A stretch of 64,000 nucleotides of DNA from Bacteroidia bacterium (GTDB taxonomy: Bacteria > Bacteroidota > Bacteroidia > B-17B0 > Aurantibacillaceae), in NCBI GenBank assembly GCA_045805185.1, contig JBJMLS010000300.1, positions 10,259 through 74,258 on the forward strand, written 5' to 3'. The position numbers and the translations under genes were made by a program. How positions within the stretch are numbered: the stretch's first letter is position 1; each line of letters starts with the position of its first letter. This document shows positions 1 to 9,791 of this stretch, one piece after another. The notes under the pieces are model-generated. The model searched no databases, had not been told where the DNA came from, and saw only the letters and a list, made by a program, of their open reading frames with translations.

Positions 1-531
1 ATGCAAACAAGAATAAATTACCCGCAAGGGTTCGCATTCATCAGTGCAGGATTAATGCTCGGCGGCCTGATGATCGTCGCGGCGCTTTTTGTATTACTTT
101 TCAAGCCTTACATCATGCTGGTCCCCGATACGGCATGGACAAGGCCGATAGCTTTACTGGTTGGATTGACCGGTGGATTGCTATTCTCCTGTAAGGGCGT
201 ACTGATCGACAAAACCGCCAACACGGTATTTTCCTATTATGTCATTTATGGAATAAGGGTTGGAAAAAAAAGATCGCTCAGCGATTTCAATTGTGTTACC
301 ATTACACGACAAGGGTATGCCCGGCAAGCGGTTAAACTAAATGAAGAAGGCACCTTTGACCGTTACGAAGTTTTCGACGTAATGATGGTGAGCCAGAATA
401 TGGAGCAGGAACAGGTGATCAGGACCTCGCCTTCCCTTGTGGATGCAAAAGGTGAAGCCCTAGAGCTCTCAGATCTGCTTGAATTCAGAATTGTAGAATA
501 TTTTTTTCCGGGAAGATCGAAAGAATCCTGA
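1..531 (+). CDS. hypothetical membrane protein (two predicted TM helices); starts at window base 1, so completeness is uncertain
   Basis: 176-aa ORF. It has two hydrophobic segments, FAFISAGLMLGGLMIVAALFVLLF and IALLVGLTGGLLF. No family recognised. Confidence 0.45.
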   Translation: MQTRINYPQGFAFISAGLMLGGLMIVAALFVLLFKPYIMLVPDTAWTRPIALLVGLTGGLLFSCKGVLIDKTANTVFSYYVIYGIRVGKKRSLSDFNCVTITRQGYARQAVKLNEEGTFDRYEVFDVMMVSQNMEQEQVIRTSPSLVDAKGEALELSDLLEFRIVEYFFPGRSKES

Positions 532-585
532 TTGTTAATTCAGCTTCTTCCTTTTCTTTGACAGCGCCTGAAAGCATTTTTTTTA

Positions 586-593
586 TAGCTTTG
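586..593 (+). promoter_or_regulatory. candidate Bacteroidota -7 promoter box TAGCTTTG
   Basis: Matches the TAnnTTTG consensus. It ends 25 nt upstream of the ATG at 618. The upstream TTTG at 557-560 is spaced further than is usual. Confidence 0.3.
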
Positions 594-617
594 CTTTTCC
601 CGCAATAAGCATTGTTC

Positions 618-2561
618 ATGAGATCCAAAAAAGTAATTACTCTTTTTTCCATTACCGGATTTGTTTTCCTGATCGGATTTCTCTTCGGTGAAAATGGTGT
701 TTTTTCCGGCCCGGGCTTTCATACTCCTGAAGAAAAACAAACACTGCAAGCCATGCTGCAGGTCCCGATCGATTCAAATGAATATTTCCTGCATTCTGAA
801 AATTGCCGTACCTGTCATGGCCACGATACAGTTGGATATGCCAATGTTGACCAAAGCGGCAATGATGTGAATTTATTCGACGACTGGCAATCCACCATGA
901 TGGCGAATTCCGCTAAAGATCCTTTATGGAGAGCAAAGGTGAGTCATGAGATCTTAGTTGACCCGGCGCATTCACTCGCGCTTCAGGATAAATGCACTTC
1001 CTGTCACGCGCCCATGGGGCATTTTACTTCAGTGTTCAAAGGTAATCCTCACTATGGCATTACCGAATTGGATAACGACACCTTGGGTCTTGACGGAGTT
1101 TCCTGCACGGGATGTCATACCATCGGACCAAACGGCAATCAATATTCAGGGAACATTCCTTACGACACACTTCGAAATGAGTATGGTCCTTTTTATAATC
1201 CGAATACCGGCCCAATGCAATTGTATGTTGGCCTCACTCCCACTTACAGTTCGCACATGGAATCCTCGCGCGTTTGTTCCTCCTGCCATACGCTGCAGGT
1301 TGCTTCTACGGACCTCAGCGGAGTTCCGACAGGAAGAACATTTACGGAGCAGGCCACTTTTCATGAATGGGAAAATTCTGGTTTTGCGCAGGATAATGTT
1401 ACCTGCCAGAATTGCCACATGCCACAGGTATTGGACTCGGTAGTAATTGCAAACGGCTACCTCAATCTTCCGCCCCGCTCTCCTTTCAACCGTCATAAAT
1501 TCATGGGCGGAAATGCCTTTATGATCGACCTGATCAAGAACAATAAAAATAAGTTAGGCATTACGGTTCCTGATATCCGCTTCGATTCGACACTTGCCAT
1601 CACTAAAAAAAACCTTCGCTACAATTCAGTTGATCTGAAAATACTACAGGACAGCATTACAGTTGATACCGCATATTACCGTGTTCGCTTAATGAATAAG
1701 GCCGGGCACAAATTCCCGTCCGGTTATCCGAGCAGAAGAGCGGTACTGCAATTTGTGGTAGTAGGAACAATGAACGATACACTTTTCCGGTCTGGGATCT
1801 TCAATACGGGAGGAGAAGTCGTTGGAATTGGAACGCCTTTCGAACCCCATTATGAGCTCATTAATTCTTCCGGCCAGAACCAGGTTTATGAAATGGTAAT
1901 GGGTGATGTGACCGGCACCAGAACAACTGTACTGGAAAGAGCGGACACCACCTTAAAGGATAACCGGCTGCCTCCTGAAGGTTTTGTTTCAACAGCCAGC
2001 GTTTACGATACTGTTAAGATAGTAGGTAACGCCAATAACGACGCGGATTTCAATAAGTTCAGCGGAGGTGTGGAAGGAAGCGGAAAGGATTTTGTGCATT
2101 TCCGGATTCCGATTGCAGGCTTTCCTCCTGTATTCAGCGTATATTCCAGGATGTATTACCAAAGCGTTCCTCCAGCCTGGCTCCAGGAAATGTTCAGTTA
2201 TTCCAGCGCTCCAATCGACTCGTTCAAGCTGATGTATAATTCCGCCAATAAGGCCCCTAACCTTGTGGATGCCGATTCCATTATGAACATTGCCGTAGGT
2301 ATCGCAAAGAATAAAAACCTGATTGAAGTAATTGCCGCGCCTGATCCGAGCAGTGATGGCAATCTGGATCTCCTCTTTTCCGTTCCAACCGAGGTCTCCA
2401 TGATCCGGATCCTGGACCTGAATGGAAGAGTGCTCAGCAGTATGCGCGTCGGTAAAAAAGTGGAGCGCTTGCCTATACGTCTCCCCGAAGAAAAAGGCAC
2501 TTATATCATTGATATCTATATTGATAATTCCCGGATAACCCGGAAAGTGATCCGCTTATAG
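618..2561 (+). CDS. multiheme (5x CXXCH) cytochrome c family protein with T9SS type-A C-terminal sorting domain
   Basis: Signal-anchor N-terminus. Five heme-binding motifs: CRTCH, CTSCH, CTGCH, CSSCH, CQNCH. The C-terminal ~75 aa (IRILDLNGRVL...GTYIIDIYIDNSRITRKVIRL) fits the Por secretion tail pattern. ATG at 618 preferred over TTG at 612. Confidence 0.8.
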   Translation: MRSKKVITLFSITGFVFLIGFLFGENGVFSGPGFHTPEEKQTLQAMLQVPIDSNEYFLHSENCRTCHGHDTVGYANVDQSGNDVNLFDDWQSTMMANSAKDPLWRAKVSHEILVDPAHSLALQDKCTSCHAPMGHFTSVFKGNPHYGITELDNDTLGLDGVSCTGCHTIGPNGNQYSGNIPYDTLRNEYGPFYNPNTGPMQLYVGLTPTYSSHMESSRVCSSCHTLQVASTDLSGVPTGRTFTEQATFHEWENSGFAQDNVTCQNCHMPQVLDSVVIANGYLNLPPRSPFNRHKFMGGNAFMIDLIKNNKNKLGITVPDIRFDSTLAITKKNLRYNSVDLKILQDSITVDTAYYRVRLMNKAGHKFPSGYPSRRAVLQFVVVGTMNDTLFRSGIFNTGGEVVGIGTPFEPHYELINSSGQNQVYEMVMGDVTGTRTTVLERADTTLKDNRLPPEGFVSTASVYDTVKIVGNANNDADFNKFSGGVEGSGKDFVHFRIPIAGFPPVFSVYSRMYYQSVPPAWLQEMFSYSSAPIDSFKLMYNSANKAPNLVDADSIMNIAVGIAKNKNLIEVIAAPDPSSDGNLDLLFSVPTEVSMIRILDLNGRVLSSMRVGKKVERLPIRLPEEKGTYIIDIYIDNSRITRKVIRL

Positions 2562-2600
2562 TCCTTTCTTTACCATAATTCCGATATGAGGTAAAAATAT

Positions 2601-2630
2601 TTTGTATTTACCTTTAATTTAATACATTTG
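2601..2630 (+). promoter_or_regulatory. candidate Bacteroidota sigma-A type promoter (TTTG N18 TACATTTG)
   Basis: TTTG at 2601-2604, then an 18-nt spacer, then a perfect TAnnTTTG box at 2623-2630. It lies 48 nt upstream of the ATG at 2678. Confidence 0.5.
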
Positions 2631-2677
2631 ACAGGCCCACGTCAGTATTCTATCACTAAATACTAAATTAGAATCAC

Positions 2678-5593
2678 ATGAAAATAAAATTACCCATTTC
2701 AGGCATGATCCGGATCTCGTGTTTTGCTTTAACCACATTAAGTTTAAACGCCCAGATCAGCTTTACGAACTCCAATGCAGTGCTGCATTCCAATACCGGT
2801 GTATTGGGAAGTAATGCAAACGCGCGCAGCGGCAATTCAGTAACCGTTGCGGACATGAACTATGACGGCCTTGATGATATCTGCAAGCTTATCGATAATG
2901 GCGAGGTTCGCATTGAATACCAGCAACCCGGTGGAAGCTACACTTACCAGTATATTGGAACAATGGGCACCACTCAGGCCTGGGCCATGTGCGCCGGAGA
3001 TGTGGATAAAAACGGGTATAAGGATGTGATCGCCGGATATGGAACTTTATTAAAGTTAATGAAGATAGGGCCATCCGGATCAATGGGTGTGACAACACTT
3101 CCAGGCTCTTATTTTGTACAGAATATCAATTTCATGGATGTAAACGCGGACGGCTGGATCGACATCTTTGCCTGTGATGACAATGCTTTTCCGAAATTAT
3201 ATTTGAACGACGGTACCGGAAGCTTCCCGTCTGAGGCTGGAAATACTGTAATAAATTTCGACGTGGCCCCCGGTCAGACGATCGGGTCTTCAAATGATGA
3301 TTCCGGGAATTACGGAAGCGTTTGGACTGATTTCGATAACGATGGCGATGTTGACCTTTATGTAGCACACTGCCGTCAATCTGTTAGCAGCGGAACGGAT
3401 GCAAGAAGGATCGATAAATTATTCGTGAATAACGGAAGCAATGTCTTTACAGAAATGGCTTCAACTTACGGAGTAGCCAGCGGTGATCAGGATTGGACCT
3501 CTTCTTTTGGAGATACCGATAACGATGGCGACTTTGATCTTTTTCTTACCAAGCACAACACCACTTCCAAATTATATACGAACGACGGTACCGGTCATTT
3601 CACTGCAGGAAATAACGTGACATTCGGAAGCATGCCGATGCAGGCGCAATTTGAAGACCTGGATAACGATGCTTTTGTTGACCTGATCATTACAGGAGAT
3701 AACGATCATCGTATTTACCACAATAACGGGAACGGAACCTTCAGCGATGTTACACCAGCAAATCTTACTGCTGGAAGTAACCTGCTTTCCTTTGCAACAG
3801 GCGACCTGAACCACGATGGCAGGATAGACATTTATGGAAGCTATGGAACAACCTATAACAATCCCGGAACTCAGGATGATATTTTCTGGAAGAATACCAC
3901 CAGCAACAGCAATCACTTTCTGACATTGGTTATGATCCCAAGCCTGAGCAACAAAGACGCCTTGGGGACCAAGGCGCGCATCTATGGCTCCTGGGGAGTT
4001 CAGACCCGCGAAGTAAGAGCAGGTGAAAGTTATGGAACAATGAACAGCGGCCACCTGCATTTCGGATTGGGCGGCGCCACGGCAATAGACTCAGTGGTCG
4101 TAACCTGGCCATCAGGCATAAAAACAGTCATTGCAAATCCAGGGGCTGATCAGTTCCTGAATGTCGGCGAACAAAATCCGTGTACTCTCTCTGGCGCAAG
4201 CATTTCACCTTCGGGTTCAACCAATCTTTGTACAGGCGATTCAATTACCTTAACCGCTACCTCAACCAGTACCGGCACCTATACTTATCTCTGGTCGACC
4301 GGCGCAACAACATCGAGTATCAACGTAAGCACTGCCGGTTCCTATGCGGTAACCATCACCGAGTCGGGCATGTGTAATTCCACCTCTCCTTCAGTATCGG
4401 TTACCATTAATGCCAATGAAACGCCTTTGGTAACTGCATCTTCCTCTGTTCTTACTTTCTGCGAAGGGAACAGCGTTACACTTACCTCATCACCTGCATC
4501 TTCTTATGCCTGGTCGGATGGCTCAACCACGCAATCCATTGTAGTGACCACCAGCGGAAATTATTCCGTTACGATCCAGGGAGCTTGTCAAAGCTGGAGC
4601 TCCACTGCTACTTCAGTTACCGTTCTTCCTGCACCTGCTGTGCCTTCAGGATCCGACATTTATATTTCGGGTCCGCAGAGCGTCACGCTTACTGCTACCG
4701 GAAACAGCGACGTTTGGTTCGACGCTCCAACAGGCGGTAACCAGGTCGGAACCGGAAATAACTACACAACCGGCATTGTAACACAGGATACCACTTTTTA
4801 TGTGGAAGATCAGAATTCCTATGGAGGAAGCAGCGCCTTTACCGGACAGACTTACCATTACGGAAGTAGTTACAGCGGAAGTACAGCAACAAATGCTTAT
4901 TCCATCTTTGATGTCCTGAATCCCTGCACATTGAATACGGTAAAAGTGTATACCGATACTCCGGGCAACCGCCTGATTGAATTAAGGAACAGTTCCGGAA
5001 CCGTTATCAATAGCGTAATGGTTAATATTCCTGTCGATACGAGCGTGATCACCCTGAACTTTCCTTTAGCAGTAGGCAACGGTTACCAGCTGGGCACCAA
5101 TGCTGCGCAAAACAACACACTGCTCGGATATGCATCACCGCGCTTAAAACGCAGCAGCAGCAATGTTACTTATCCGTATACCTTAGCTAACCTGGTAAGC
5201 ATTACCAATTCTTCGCAGGGTTCCACAGTATATTATTATTTCTACGATTGGAACGTAGTTGAGGCCCCAAGCATTTGCCCGGGCCCGCGTCATCCGCAAT
5301 CCGTATTGTTCAACGTGGTTGGTATAAATGAATCTGCAACTATGAACACCTTTTCCGTATTTCCAAATCCTGCAAAAGGATCCGTGAACATTGTTGTGAA
5401 TAAGGATTACAGCACACCAATACTTATCGAGCTCACTGATCTTACTGGTCGCATTGTTGCAACCCAATCCGTATCAAAGATCGCTAAAGGACAACAATTG
5501 AACTTTAACCTGGCTGAAGTTGCCCAGGGCGCTTATTTTCTTAAACTGAAAAACGACACTACACAGCTTATCAAAAAGCTGATCGTAGAATAA
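2678..5593 (+). CDS. FG-GAP/VCBS repeat protein with ASPIC/UnbV domain (CRTAC1-like), Ig-like repeats and T9SS type-A C-terminal sorting domain
   Basis: Repeated DxDxDGxxD FG-GAP calcium-loop motifs. UnbV/ASPIC-like block: ALGTKARIYGSWGVQTREVRAGESYGTMNSGHLHFGLG...VVVTWPSG. Two Cys-containing Ig-like repeats. The tail FSVFPNPAKGSVNIV...GAYFLKLKND...KKLIVE is typical of T9SS cargo. Confidence 0.85.
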   Translation: MKIKLPISGMIRISCFALTTLSLNAQISFTNSNAVLHSNTGVLGSNANARSGNSVTVADMNYDGLDDICKLIDNGEVRIEYQQPGGSYTYQYIGTMGTTQAWAMCAGDVDKNGYKDVIAGYGTLLKLMKIGPSGSMGVTTLPGSYFVQNINFMDVNADGWIDIFACDDNAFPKLYLNDGTGSFPSEAGNTVINFDVAPGQTIGSSNDDSGNYGSVWTDFDNDGDVDLYVAHCRQSVSSGTDARRIDKLFVNNGSNVFTEMASTYGVASGDQDWTSSFGDTDNDGDFDLFLTKHNTTSKLYTNDGTGHFTAGNNVTFGSMPMQAQFEDLDNDAFVDLIITGDNDHRIYHNNGNGTFSDVTPANLTAGSNLLSFATGDLNHDGRIDIYGSYGTTYNNPGTQDDIFWKNTTSNSNHFLTLVMIPSLSNKDALGTKARIYGSWGVQTREVRAGESYGTMNSGHLHFGLGGATAIDSVVVTWPSGIKTVIANPGADQFLNVGEQNPCTLSGASISPSGSTNLCTGDSITLTATSTSTGTYTYLWSTGATTSSINVSTAGSYAVTITESGMCNSTSPSVSVTINANETPLVTASSSVLTFCEGNSVTLTSSPASSYAWSDGSTTQSIVVTTSGNYSVTIQGACQSWSSTATSVTVLPAPAVPSGSDIYISGPQSVTLTATGNSDVWFDAPTGGNQVGTGNNYTTGIVTQDTTFYVEDQNSYGGSSAFTGQTYHYGSSYSGSTATNAYSIFDVLNPCTLNTVKVYTDTPGNRLIELRNSSGTVINSVMVNIPVDTSVITLNFPLAVGNGYQLGTNAAQNNTLLGYASPRLKRSSSNVTYPYTLANLVSITNSSQGSTVYYYFYDWNVVEAPSICPGPRHPQSVLFNVVGINESATMNTFSVFPNPAKGSVNIVVNKDYSTPILIELTDLTGRIVATQSVSKIAKGQQLNFNLAEVAQGAYFLKLKNDTTQLIKKLIVE

Positions 5594-5614
5594 ATCTATT
5601 TTTTTACTGAAGAA

Positions 5615-5642
5615 GGGGGACGCTTTAGTGTCCCCCTTTTTT
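5615..5642 (+). terminator. Rho-independent terminator after the FG-GAP gene
   Basis: GGGGGAC stem at 5615-5621 pairs with GTCCCCC at 5630-5636. The loop is 8 nt and a T-run follows at 5637-5642. Confidence 0.65.
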
Positions 5643-5692
5643 ATTTACAGTATTCGATTTCCTCAATTACATTATTTGGACTATTTTTATAA

Positions 5693-7948
5693 ATGCTAAT
5701 CGTATTAAGGGTGAAGTCTTTTCTGAGGTCATATTTCGTATTCTTAACTTTACTCTGCAGCTTTTCGCTCACAGCGGTTCCGGATTCGCTTGTGTACCGG
5801 ATCGGCGCTAAGGAACATTTGAATATCACATTCACGGGTAATTTAAAACAGGAGATCCGGAGTTCAAAAAGACTCGTCAACTGCTTTTTGTATAAGATCG
5901 GAAGCAATTATAAATGGGCAACTCCTGCATTTAATGATTCGGGGTGGACGAGAATACATCCCGACCTCGAAGACCTTGCAGAACATACTGATACCATACC
6001 TGTGCTTTGGCTCCGCCTTCATTTTCGTGCCGGGCCCGAAATGCTTCACAAAACCATCGGGCTCAAAATGGAACACCTCGGCGCATCCGAGATTTACCTC
6101 GATGGAAAATTACTCAGGGCTTATGGATTCGTCAGTAATGATGTGAACAAAGAGATTTGTGAGAATCCCAAGAACAGCATTATTGGTTTTTCCTTGAATG
6201 ATACGCTTGAACACTTGCTTGCTATTCGTTATTCCAATGTTCACTATACCACTTATCTCAAGCACGACGAGAATACACCCGGACTAAACCCCGGCTTCAT
6301 AGATTTTGAGGAAGAATACAGTTCAATGAATGACGTTACTACCTATGTTTCCATTGCCTGCGCATCCTTATTCGCTTTCTTTCTTGCGCTGAGCCTTGTT
6401 CACCTTCTTATATTCTCATTCGACCGGGAAAAAAAATTCAACCTCTATCACAGCATTTTTGTGGGGATCTTCGGGATCATCTTTTTACTGCCCATCATTT
6501 ACCAGAACAGTTCAAATCCCGTATTGACTGTAAAACTGAAGTTTTATGCAGAGTACCTGACACCCATCTTTTTTATTTCCCTTCTGGCTCTACTCTATAA
6601 CCTTTTTCAAAAACCACTGGGGAAATTCTTTTACATCTGCCTGATCTCAACCGGCGTCCTGATCCTGATCCGCTTTTTCAGCGAAGGTCTTTTCGACGCG
6701 CTTTGCCCTTTTGTGTTTTTCACGATCTACGTAAGCTCTACCGTTATTGCCATTAAAGCCATCCGTCAAAAATTACCAGGAGCCAAAATAGTAGGCTGGG
6801 GCGTTATTCTATTCACACTTTGCATATTTGCCGCGATCTTTATTTCTACCCTGGCGGCTATGATCGGCAAAGAAGCGCTTAGCGGAGTCGGAGCGCTGGT
6901 GGCAATTATATTATTAGTGTTTGCATTGCTAAGCATGCCCTTGTCCATGTCGGTATACCTTGCCGTTGACTTCGCGCGCGCGAACAAGACACTGAAGAAG
7001 CAGATCTCGCAGATCGAAGAGCTTTCACAGCAATCACTTCTGCAGGAACAGGAAAAAAAGCAGATCCTGGAAAACCAGAATAAATTACTGGAGCAGCAGG
7101 TGATGGAACGTACCACGGAGATCCTGACCAAAAATGAAATTCTCGAGGATCAGAAGAAAGAGATCATGGATAGTATAACTTATGCCAGCCGGATCCAGGA
7201 AGCCATATTACCTGATATCAATGAGATCAAAAAAACACTTCCTCAAAGCTTCGTCCTGTTTAAACCCAAAGACATTGTCAGCGGTGATTTTTATTATTTC
7301 CACAACAGTTCAGGCGCGCTTTCCAAAGACATGCAAAACGCTTCTGTATTTATTGCCGCTGTTGATTGCACCGGTCATGGAGTGCCCGGAGCCTTCATGA
7401 GCATGCTGGGCAAGGAGAGCCTTGATAAGGCCATTTCCGTTTCGGATGTTCCTTCAGAAATTCTTTCTCTTCTCAATAAATATGTAAAGCAATCCCTCAA
7501 GCAGGACAATAACAAAGATGCGACGCGTGATGGAATGGATATCGCTTTTTGTAAGATCGTATCGCGCGGGAATGAGTCCGGTGCGCATATTTATTTTTCA
7601 GGAGCAAATCGCCCGATCTGGATCATCCGGAAAGATACGCGCGAAGTACAGGAAATCAAAGCGACCAAAACCGCGATCGGAGGCTTAACTCCTACAGATC
7701 AAACATTCGATCAGCACGAGATCATTCTTCACCCCGGAGATACCATATACCTGACCAGCGATGGCTACGCCGATCAATTCAGTCCTGAAGACAAGAAACT
7801 GATGACGCGTAAATTCAAAGAAGTGCTTCTCTCTATTTGTGATAAACCGATGCACGAACAGGAAAAGCACCTGAAAGATTTTCATGTGAACTGGAAAGGA
7901 TTAATGGAACAAACGGATGATATCCTGGTGATCGGGATCAGGATTTGA
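5693..7948 (+). CDS. 7TMR-DISM type sensor fused to PP2C/SpoIIE serine phosphatase
   Basis: N-terminal extracytoplasmic domain, about 7 TM helices, a coiled coil (QISQIEELSQQSLLQEQEKKQILENQNKLLEQQ) and a C-terminal SpoIIE-like block (SGDFYYF...DCTGHGVPGAFMS...DGMDIAF...SDGYADQF...DDILVIGIRI). Confidence 0.8.
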   Translation: MLIVLRVKSFLRSYFVFLTLLCSFSLTAVPDSLVYRIGAKEHLNITFTGNLKQEIRSSKRLVNCFLYKIGSNYKWATPAFNDSGWTRIHPDLEDLAEHTDTIPVLWLRLHFRAGPEMLHKTIGLKMEHLGASEIYLDGKLLRAYGFVSNDVNKEICENPKNSIIGFSLNDTLEHLLAIRYSNVHYTTYLKHDENTPGLNPGFIDFEEEYSSMNDVTTYVSIACASLFAFFLALSLVHLLIFSFDREKKFNLYHSIFVGIFGIIFLLPIIYQNSSNPVLTVKLKFYAEYLTPIFFISLLALLYNLFQKPLGKFFYICLISTGVLILIRFFSEGLFDALCPFVFFTIYVSSTVIAIKAIRQKLPGAKIVGWGVILFTLCIFAAIFISTLAAMIGKEALSGVGALVAIILLVFALLSMPLSMSVYLAVDFARANKTLKKQISQIEELSQQSLLQEQEKKQILENQNKLLEQQVMERTTEILTKNEILEDQKKEIMDSITYASRIQEAILPDINEIKKTLPQSFVLFKPKDIVSGDFYYFHNSSGALSKDMQNASVFIAAVDCTGHGVPGAFMSMLGKESLDKAISVSDVPSEILSLLNKYVKQSLKQDNNKDATRDGMDIAFCKIVSRGNESGAHIYFSGANRPIWIIRKDTREVQEIKATKTAIGGLTPTDQTFDQHEIILHPGDTIYLTSDGYADQFSPEDKKLMTRKFKEVLLSICDKPMHEQEKHLKDFHVNWKGLMEQTDDILVIGIRI

Positions 7949-8019
7949 TTTGAGCGCCAATATTTAAATACTTTTTTCATTTAAACCCCGTTAGCCTTAT
8001 AATTCATTTTCCCCGATCC

Positions 8020-9057
8020 ATGAAGTTTTACCTCCTCACATTTTGTTCAGCTTTCTTTTTTTCGGCCACAGCGCAGAGAACAAACCTGTATACCTCTAAA
8101 AACTTCTTCAACCTATACGATGAATTTGAATATAAAAGAGACCTCCTTCGCTTCCTGGATATAAAGAAAGGGGATGTCATTGCAGATGTGGGTGCAGGAG
8201 AAGGACATAATGATGCGGCATTGTCATTGTTATACGACAGTGTTACGTTTTACATCGAAGACATCAATCCAAAAGTCCTGAATCAGAAAAAACTAAATAA
8301 ACAGGTAAAAAAATACACTAAAAAGAAAGTTTCCCTTCAGACCAACACTTTCAGATTCGTAATAGGAACCTATACTTCCACAAATCTGCCGGACGGGTTC
8401 TTTGATAAAATACTGATGATCGCTTCCTTTCATGAATTTACTCAAATGGACGAGATGATCGCCGATCTCGCAAAAAAATTAAAACCAAGAGGGAAAATAT
8501 ACATACTGGAGGCATTTTCTCTTCCTGAAAAGACAATTTATTGTGAAGATCATCACAAAGGTTACCGCATTGAAGAAGCCGTCGAAATCATGAAGAAACA
8601 AGGCTTTTACCTTACAAAAATGAAGAGTCCGGAAAGCAATATTGTGGATTATACCAATTGCCTTTCCTTCGAAAAAGCAGGAAACGCTTCCAACAGTTTT
8701 TACACGGATAAAACGGCGACGGATGTGCTCCTGCAGGAAACTTTTAGGCTTAACGAACAGGCATTTGCTTCAGATTCTACACAAGTGAGAAAACTCACGG
8801 ATTCACTCATCGGGAAACTAACTGCATTAACACACATATACATTGCCTTTGAATGCTGGCTGAAGAATATTGGCTTGAAATACATGAAGAAAAAAGAGTA
8901 TGAGGCGGCAATAAATATATTCAAAGTGAATATTCAGCTTTTTCCTGGATCGCATTACAACTATTACCAGCTGGGAAAGGCCTATAAAGCAACTAAGCAA
9001 AGCGAACTCGCCAGGTTATATTTTGGCAAGGCAAAGGCGCTTGATTCGGTTCAATAA
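8020..9057 (+). CDS. class I SAM-dependent methyltransferase with N-terminal signal-like peptide and C-terminal TPR-like region
   Basis: Motif I VIADVGAGEGHN and a post-I acidic residue (IEDIN). The N-terminus MKFYLLTFCSAFFFSATAQ looks like a signal peptide. The C-terminal helical repeat is YYQLGKAYKATKQSELARLYFGKA. Confidence 0.65.
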   Translation: MKFYLLTFCSAFFFSATAQRTNLYTSKNFFNLYDEFEYKRDLLRFLDIKKGDVIADVGAGEGHNDAALSLLYDSVTFYIEDINPKVLNQKKLNKQVKKYTKKKVSLQTNTFRFVIGTYTSTNLPDGFFDKILMIASFHEFTQMDEMIADLAKKLKPRGKIYILEAFSLPEKTIYCEDHHKGYRIEEAVEIMKKQGFYLTKMKSPESNIVDYTNCLSFEKAGNASNSFYTDKTATDVLLQETFRLNEQAFASDSTQVRKLTDSLIGKLTALTHIYIAFECWLKNIGLKYMKKKEYEAAINIFKVNIQLFPGSHYNYYQLGKAYKATKQSELARLYFGKAKALDSVQ

Positions 9058-9130
9058 GACAAAAAGGTATAATCCCCGGTCATTTTTCACTTCATTGTTT
9101 TTTGTAAATTTCGATCCAATATAAATCGAA

Positions 9131-9781
9131 ATGAAGATCCTGCAAACAGAAATGCTGAGTAATGATCTTGCAGGGACAAGGAAGTTTTACCACGACAGTC
9201 TTGGATTAAAGATCAAAAACGAAAGCGAAAATGTGCTGTCTTTTGAGGTTGGTTCCTCAACGCTTGCTTTTAAAAAAACAGGGGCCGCCGCTGTTTACCA
9301 TTTTGCTTTTACTGTTCCGCGAAACAAAACCGAAGAAGCGCTGAAATGGATCTCTGCGAAGACGCAGCCTATTCCGGTTAATGAAAAGAGCATCGCTGAG
9401 TTTGATAACTGGAACGCCCGCTCCATTTACTTTTACGATAACAACCGGAATATCCTGGAATTCATTGCGCGCATGGATCTCGACAATTCATCTGACACGG
9501 ATTTCAGTTCTGCCTCCATTCTTTCCTTAAGCGAGGCTGCAGTAGTGACAGATGATGTAATTTCACTTGCAGACCGGCTCAAAGCGAAATATGGCATCCC
9601 GCTGTTCGACAAGCAGCCTTTGAAAGAGAACTTTGCCGCCTGTGGGAACGATGAAGGATTAATTATACTTTCCCAACCCGGCCGTCATTGGTACCCGACT
9701 GAACAACCGGCGCATAAACATTACAGTAAAATCCTGGTTTCGCAGTCGGGAAAACAACACGAAATAATATTCAACCCTTAA
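9131..9781 (+). CDS. VOC (glyoxalase/dioxygenase-fold) family protein
   Basis: The N-terminal pattern LSNDLAGTRKFYHDSLGLKI...LSFEVGSSTLAF is typical of VOC modules. 216 aa. Confidence 0.55.
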   Translation: MKILQTEMLSNDLAGTRKFYHDSLGLKIKNESENVLSFEVGSSTLAFKKTGAAAVYHFAFTVPRNKTEEALKWISAKTQPIPVNEKSIAEFDNWNARSIYFYDNNRNILEFIARMDLDNSSDTDFSSASILSLSEAAVVTDDVISLADRLKAKYGIPLFDKQPLKENFAACGNDEGLIILSQPGRHWYPTEQPAHKHYSKILVSQSGKQHEIIFNP

Positions 9782-9791
9782 CAATTAACAA

